Positions 59,092 through 64,000 of a DNA stretch of 64,000 nt are shown here, one piece after another. A model generated the notes under the pieces. The model was given only the letters and a program-made list of their open reading frames with translations. It was not told the origin of the DNA and did not search any database. The stretch lies in NCBI GenBank assembly GCA_976226885.1, contig OZ320317.1:70122001-70186000 (forward strand). Reading direction: 5' to 3'. A program made the translations under genes and the position numbers. Positions within the stretch are counted from its first letter, which is position 1. Each line of letters starts with the position of its first letter. The DNA is from Iphione sp. A-MEVVRFRX5. Taxonomy: Eukaryota.

Positions 59092-62055
59092 ATGGCTGAT
59101 AACCGACGCACGAGGGAAACACCTTTACTTTCAGAAAGAGAAACGTCCCCAGAAAGAGATCTTTCTAAACAAAGAAGAAAAAAGCACCGCCATCGAAGAG
59201 CACGAAAGAGGAATTCTGTCCAGCCTTGTCCATCCAACTCCCATTCATCACAACAAGATTCCCCCATACACCGGCGACATGTATCTACCCATGGCCAGAC
59301 TACCACTCACGTGAGACTTACTCAAAACCGTGCTGCAGTACACAGAGACTCCGTCGAATATGTTGGGGATAACATAACTATCACTACCTCACACCCGCTG
59401 GTAACAGAAATCACCTCGACAGGCAAGTCATCCAGGAAAACCCAGTCTACAGCACTGACTACTTCTACCTCACAGGCCTCTTCCCCCACTGATGTGCCAT
59501 CACCTAGGATGCTAGACACGAACTTTAGGACCAAACCGTCAACCCAACAACGCAAACATGGAGGAAGAGGTCATGCATACAGTGGGGCCCACAGTGATGA
59601 AATACAGAGGAAGAGTATTAGAAAAGGAAACAGGAAGCCTGGTGAGGTACACGACGAGCATGATGCAGACTGGTTTCAAGCATATAACACATGCATCATG
59701 AAGAAATGGAAGACATGTCTGTTGGCTTCAATGGCAAGAACACCTCATTCACGCATCATAGATCACTTTACGAGTCGCTATCCAGGGCAGGAGGGAGACA
59801 TCTTTGCTGCTGTGAAGGAGAAGCAGGACTCAAGCGATCAGTTTATTGTTGCTCCCATCGATCTTGAATATATTAGCTGCTGCTTGGATGAAGGTGTCAG
59901 TGTGGATGAGCAGGATGTGCGCGGTCAAACCGTGCTCATGGAGGCCGTCCGTGCCTGGCATCTTGATATCATCGACTACCTGATCTCTAATGAAGCTGAT
60001 GTGCACCATTACGACCATTATTGTCGCGCACCCATCCACGTGGCGGCAGCAGCTGACCGCCCCAGTATTATCCGGCGACTTCTCCAGGCGGGCGCTTCAG
60101 TCAACGCCAAAGCCAATCGCACTGCGGAGACTCCCCTACACCTGGCCGCACGGCGAGGGGCCACCTCTGCAATGATGACATTAATGGAATTTGGAGCTCA
60201 GAAAGAAGCTCGCGATTATTGTGGAAGGACGCCATTCTACCTGGCAGCAGAGTATGGCAGATCAAATGCTGTGATTGTCATGCTGAATGCCAAGGCCAAC
60301 CCCTTGGTATGTGACAAAAGCGATGTCCCTGCTTTTGTGCACATTGTTCGTAAGTGCCCAACCATTGTCGATGAGGTGTTAGATCAGTTGGTATTCCATG
60401 ATAGGGTATCTGGTAAAACACAGGCCACAATTTCTAAGCTATACGTGGCACCTGAATCCTGGGACAGGACGGTAGGTACAACCCTAACACTAGATGTTAT
60501 AGAAAGTGAGCGTTGTGAGTCCGCCGTTCTACATCAAGTCGTGAATGCAATGATCAAGGAACAGTGGCAGACGTTTGGCCGGATATGGACCATAGTGAAT
60601 TTTTTCTCACGCCTCCTTTTTTTCTGTGTCTGGACGGCCTGGATCGCAGCAATAGATTGGGAGGATAAACACATCTATGACTGGGAGATGCACTGGTGGC
60701 GAGCCTTGCTACCGATGCTTGGCGTGATCCTGATCATATGGGAAATCAAAATTGAATGTGAAGAGTTTATATATAACAGACGTCGAAGGCTAGCCCTCAC
60801 TAACCTGGCTCTCAAAAACATTACCAGTGATACGCAGAAACTAGCTCACCCAAGCTGGCCTGACGAAAAGGAGTACCTTGATGATGTTGAGAACAAACTG
60901 CAAAGGCAAAAAGGCTTTTGGCAGCAAATGGTACTCTACTGGCGCGATCTCTGGAACTGGTATGATGGAGCAGTCTTTAGCCTGATGCTGGCATGCATGT
61001 TTACTCATGTACTGGATATAAACAATCCCAGTGTTGGTATTGCACGCCTCCACGGTCAGCTGGGCAGTGTGGTTATCCTCATGTTAGGTCTGCGTCTGAT
61101 GAAAGACCTGCGAGGCTTCATAGGACCTGGGCGCATTATCATCATGCTTGGACTGATGGCTGGTGACTTTGGCCGCTTCATCGCCGTATTCATACTTCTT
61201 TTCGTCCCCTGTACCTTCTCCTTCTGGGTGATTTTTGGAGGGAGGAGGTTTCCCTATGATGCTATATGTGCATTCAACTGTAGTAATGTACAACTAAACT
61301 GTACAGCGAATTGCTCGTTAGTATTTGCTCCCTGTTACTCACCTGATATGAGAAACTGTACATCAAATCAGTCAGCTTTAATAGTAACACACATGGAGTC
61401 CTACTTCTCAGTCTGGTTTGCACTACTTCGCTTATCACTTGTTGATGATTACGATCTTGAGACCATGTATGCCATCGACCCATTCATGTCACTTGTTCTA
61501 GTAAGTGCATTCCTTGTTATGTCTGCTCTTGTCGGAGTCAACTTCCTTATTGGCCTTATCTCCAATGTTCTGGGTGAGGGAACCAGACAAGTGGTGGATG
61601 CCTTATCCCTACTGCAGAGGCTAAGTGTCATGCTACTTATCGAGCAGACTCCTTACATATGTCACCCACGGCCACGACAACTTCGAGAGCATCTCAGGGC
61701 CTCATCTGATCGGGTCACAATTCAAAACACGCTGCATGGTGTGTCCGAACACACAATTAAAAGTAACATTTCCCTCATGTCTATTACTGTCAAGGAACTT
61801 CAACAGGAGATGCAGACACTTATGAAGAAAGTGGGGTCTGAGCTCGATGGTGACAAAGATGAGGAAAACCTGTGGTCCAGACAGATAAGCACCTCTTGCA
61901 AGGACAGCAACGTGTCTCGTAGACGGTCAGCAGACCATGGTACAAACACTAACGGAGCTAACACAATGTCCTATACCAATCGCTCCAAACACTCCGCTCA
62001 TGAAAAGCATGATAAGTATAACATACCTCCTGCAAGAATTGATATTGAGGATTGA
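59092..62055 (+). CDS. Ankyrin-repeat TRP-family cation channel (TRPA/TRPV-like), 987 aa, single coding exon
   Basis: About 4-5 ankyrin repeats (GQTVLMEAV, RAPIHVAA, ETPLHLAA, RTPFYLAA); six hydrophobic segments with a pore loop; TRP-box-like LLQRLSVMLLIEQ after S6; C-terminal coiled-coil-like segment; splice acceptor 7 nt before the ATG. Confidence 0.88.
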   Translation: MADNRRTRETPLLSERETSPERDLSKQRRKKHRHRRARKRNSVQPCPSNSHSSQQDSPIHRRHVSTHGQTTTHVRLTQNRAAVHRDSVEYVGDNITITTSHPLVTEITSTGKSSRKTQSTALTTSTSQASSPTDVPSPRMLDTNFRTKPSTQQRKHGGRGHAYSGAHSDEIQRKSIRKGNRKPGEVHDEHDADWFQAYNTCIMKKWKTCLLASMARTPHSRIIDHFTSRYPGQEGDIFAAVKEKQDSSDQFIVAPIDLEYISCCLDEGVSVDEQDVRGQTVLMEAVRAWHLDIIDYLISNEADVHHYDHYCRAPIHVAAAADRPSIIRRLLQAGASVNAKANRTAETPLHLAARRGATSAMMTLMEFGAQKEARDYCGRTPFYLAAEYGRSNAVIVMLNAKANPLVCDKSDVPAFVHIVRKCPTIVDEVLDQLVFHDRVSGKTQATISKLYVAPESWDRTVGTTLTLDVIESERCESAVLHQVVNAMIKEQWQTFGRIWTIVNFFSRLLFFCVWTAWIAAIDWEDKHIYDWEMHWWRALLPMLGVILIIWEIKIECEEFIYNRRRRLALTNLALKNITSDTQKLAHPSWPDEKEYLDDVENKLQRQKGFWQQMVLYWRDLWNWYDGAVFSLMLACMFTHVLDINNPSVGIARLHGQLGSVVILMLGLRLMKDLRGFIGPGRIIIMLGLMAGDFGRFIAVFILLFVPCTFSFWVIFGGRRFPYDAICAFNCSNVQLNCTANCSLVFAPCYSPDMRNCTSNQSALIVTHMESYFSVWFALLRLSLVDDYDLETMYAIDPFMSLVLVSAFLVMSALVGVNFLIGLISNVLGEGTRQVVDALSLLQRLSVMLLIEQTPYICHPRPRQLREHLRASSDRVTIQNTLHGVSEHTIKSNISLMSITVKELQQEMQTLMKKVGSELDGDKDEENLWSRQISTSCKDSNVSRRRSADHGTNTNGANTMSYTNRSKHSAHEKHDKYNIPPARIDIED

Positions 62056-63399
62056 TTGGAATACTATCACGGGTCCCATTGTTCACCCTGTCTGTACATT
62101 CTATTCAGCTTTAAGCTGCTTGTGAAGGTGTCATTTGTTCGTTAAAATATCCAACCTGCTCAACATAGACATCACACATTCATATGCTGTATACTAATCA
62201 TTTACACACTAGTTCAAGAGGGAGGCCATAACATATCAACAGGTAATACGTAGGCATACGGAATGCCTTGTGTTTCATTACATTTACACATGTCGTTTCA
62301 AATGCTTTATGACTGGTCAAATGGACATAAATATTCAATTATTCGTTGAATTTCAGGAAAACCGTGGTTAAAACTGAAGATAAAAAATTATCGTTCTGGA
62401 ATAAATTGAAATGTTCCTTGGTACTCTTGTGTTTGTTACCCGTCACAGAGATAAGATGGCAGGAAGCAATACTAGACTGAGCAAAGGCACGCAGAGATAC
62501 ATAGTGTCTGTGTTATTTACATTTGGCATACAAATAATGTACATTAGGTACCAATATAAAACATGCTGAAAAGACTAGTAACCCCAGTAAACATGACTGT
62601 AATGGACCCGTACTGGACCAGGTTAAGATAATGGTCCAGTACAGGCTATCAGTACTGGGCCAGTACAGAAATGGAAATTGGCTGCCTAATGGCCCAGTAC
62701 TGACAGTCCTGTATAGGTACAGTGTAGGTCTGCCATTGACCCTATACTTGAATATATATTACAGGAACAATGCAGTTATAATGGTAATAGCCCAGTATTG
62801 GCAATTTTTTAAGGTTTACCTATGGTGCCATTAGTGGTCTGATATTGGTAAAAGTAAAAAACTTAAGAGACCAGAAATTAAAAGTACATGTACCTGGAAG
62901 TCTGTTTGTTCTTATCTTTTGCATGTTGCCTCTAACATCATCCTCTAGTTTGTCACCAAGGGCTGACATTTAGGATCCTATTGATCTGTTCTGGCCCAGT
63001 ACATAGCCTGTACTGGACCATTGCAATATGTGCAAACTCCCCTATTATCACGCATTCTTCACTTCTGTAGTATTGTTGGAAAAATAAACAACTTTGGAGA
63101 GGACTTAGATTTTGTTTGAATATTTCTCTTTTTTTAATTATTTGATAAATAAAATAGGGATAAAAGATTTGATTATCATAGTTTATTACACTATTTATAT
63201 AAAACGTTGCCTGGAAGTAGACTGGCCATGAGGAGAGGTCTCATGAATGTAAGATTCTTCCTAAATATCATGATTTCTTTTTAAGTATTTTATTGTAGGA
63301 AACAATTGATAAATACAATAAATTAGCATGGGAATTAAAAGTTTCCCTCTTGAAGAAGCTGGAGGTGGTAGTCTGAACAGTTTTCTGAATCTCACTATT

Positions 63400-64000
63400 T
63401 TCGCTCTCCTCAATGTACACTTGGAAGAGGGAGGTGGAGGACAGTGCCCGTACTTGATGACAGTCTCTTGGAGGCACAGTGCTCTTTCATTCAAACCAGG
63501 GTAGCAATGAATTCCTGGTCTGTCATGAACTGCACCTGCACATCCTCCTATTCCTCATCATCTTCCTGCTGATTCGCATCAGCACCGTTGGTACCCTGTA
63601 CCAGCCTCTCATCCCAGTCCTTGTCCATGGGATCATGGGCTGGGAAGTCCACGTCAAGGTATTCATATGGAGTGAGAGAATCGCTCAGGCCAAGGTTCTC
63701 TTGAGCCCTCCCCACTAGCTCATCCAATGTAAGATCCCTCTCCTCAAAGTCCTCAGGCAAGATGTCCTCAGGTGACATGGGTTTCACACCATACCTCTGA
63801 AAGCAGCTCTCTGTGGTGCTTGTCTTGATCTGGCTGATGACAGTCTAGATCCAATTGATGGGAATCAGCATGTCAATTGATTTGCAATGATGAGGGGATC
63901 CTTGTCTATGTAAGCTTGACTAATCACATGCTGGAGGAGCTTCTTCTGGTAGATTTTCTTCATGTGGGCAATCATCCCCTGATCCATAGGTGGTAGGACA
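63400..64000 (-). pseudogene. pogo/Tigger (DDE_1, TIGD-like) transposase C-terminal fragment, decayed, continuing beyond the window
   Basis: LPPMDQGMIAHMKKIYQKKLL, then (after a frameshift) W..V..I..S....CFQRYG and an acidic tail. Confidence 0.75.

Overview
Eukaryotic (invertebrate animal-like) genomic DNA; the host cannot be identified from the sequence alone. It holds three host genes: the 3' exons of SPIDR (+), a complete 11-exon TUSC3/MAGT1 (OST3/6-family) gene (-) with one U12-type and two GC-AG introns, and an ankyrin-repeat TRP-like channel (+) with a single coding exon. About 34 kb of stacked transposons lie between TUSC3/MAGT1 and the channel gene. The main element is a young, near-intact 9,986-bp Ty3/Gypsy LTR retrotransposon (18368-28353, -) with 477-bp LTRs, an ATAC target-site duplication (TSD), a tRNA-Leu primer-binding site (PBS), a polypurine tract (PPT), gag and pol. 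Its ~4.5-kb pol-to-3'LTR region holds a divergent two-gene accessory module with no env-like features. One gene is a sense two-finger C2H2 zinc-finger ORF split at a G8 run. The other is a spliced antisense gene with CCAAT/TATA promoter, polyA signal and a C-terminal SIM-like (SUMO-interacting) motif. About ten TGTGG-N2-CCACA palindromes lie between these two genes, and four more lie in each LTR. This looks like a candidate self-regulating or anti-silencing circuit; that interpretation is inference. Also present are two Gypsy 3' remnants, an XPG-domain (Academ-like) transposase fragment, a piggyBac fragment interrupted by a LINE, a 9.75-kb three-gene Harbinger element, several MITEs and minisatellites, and a pogo/Tigger fragment. 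All coordinates and counts were read by eye.
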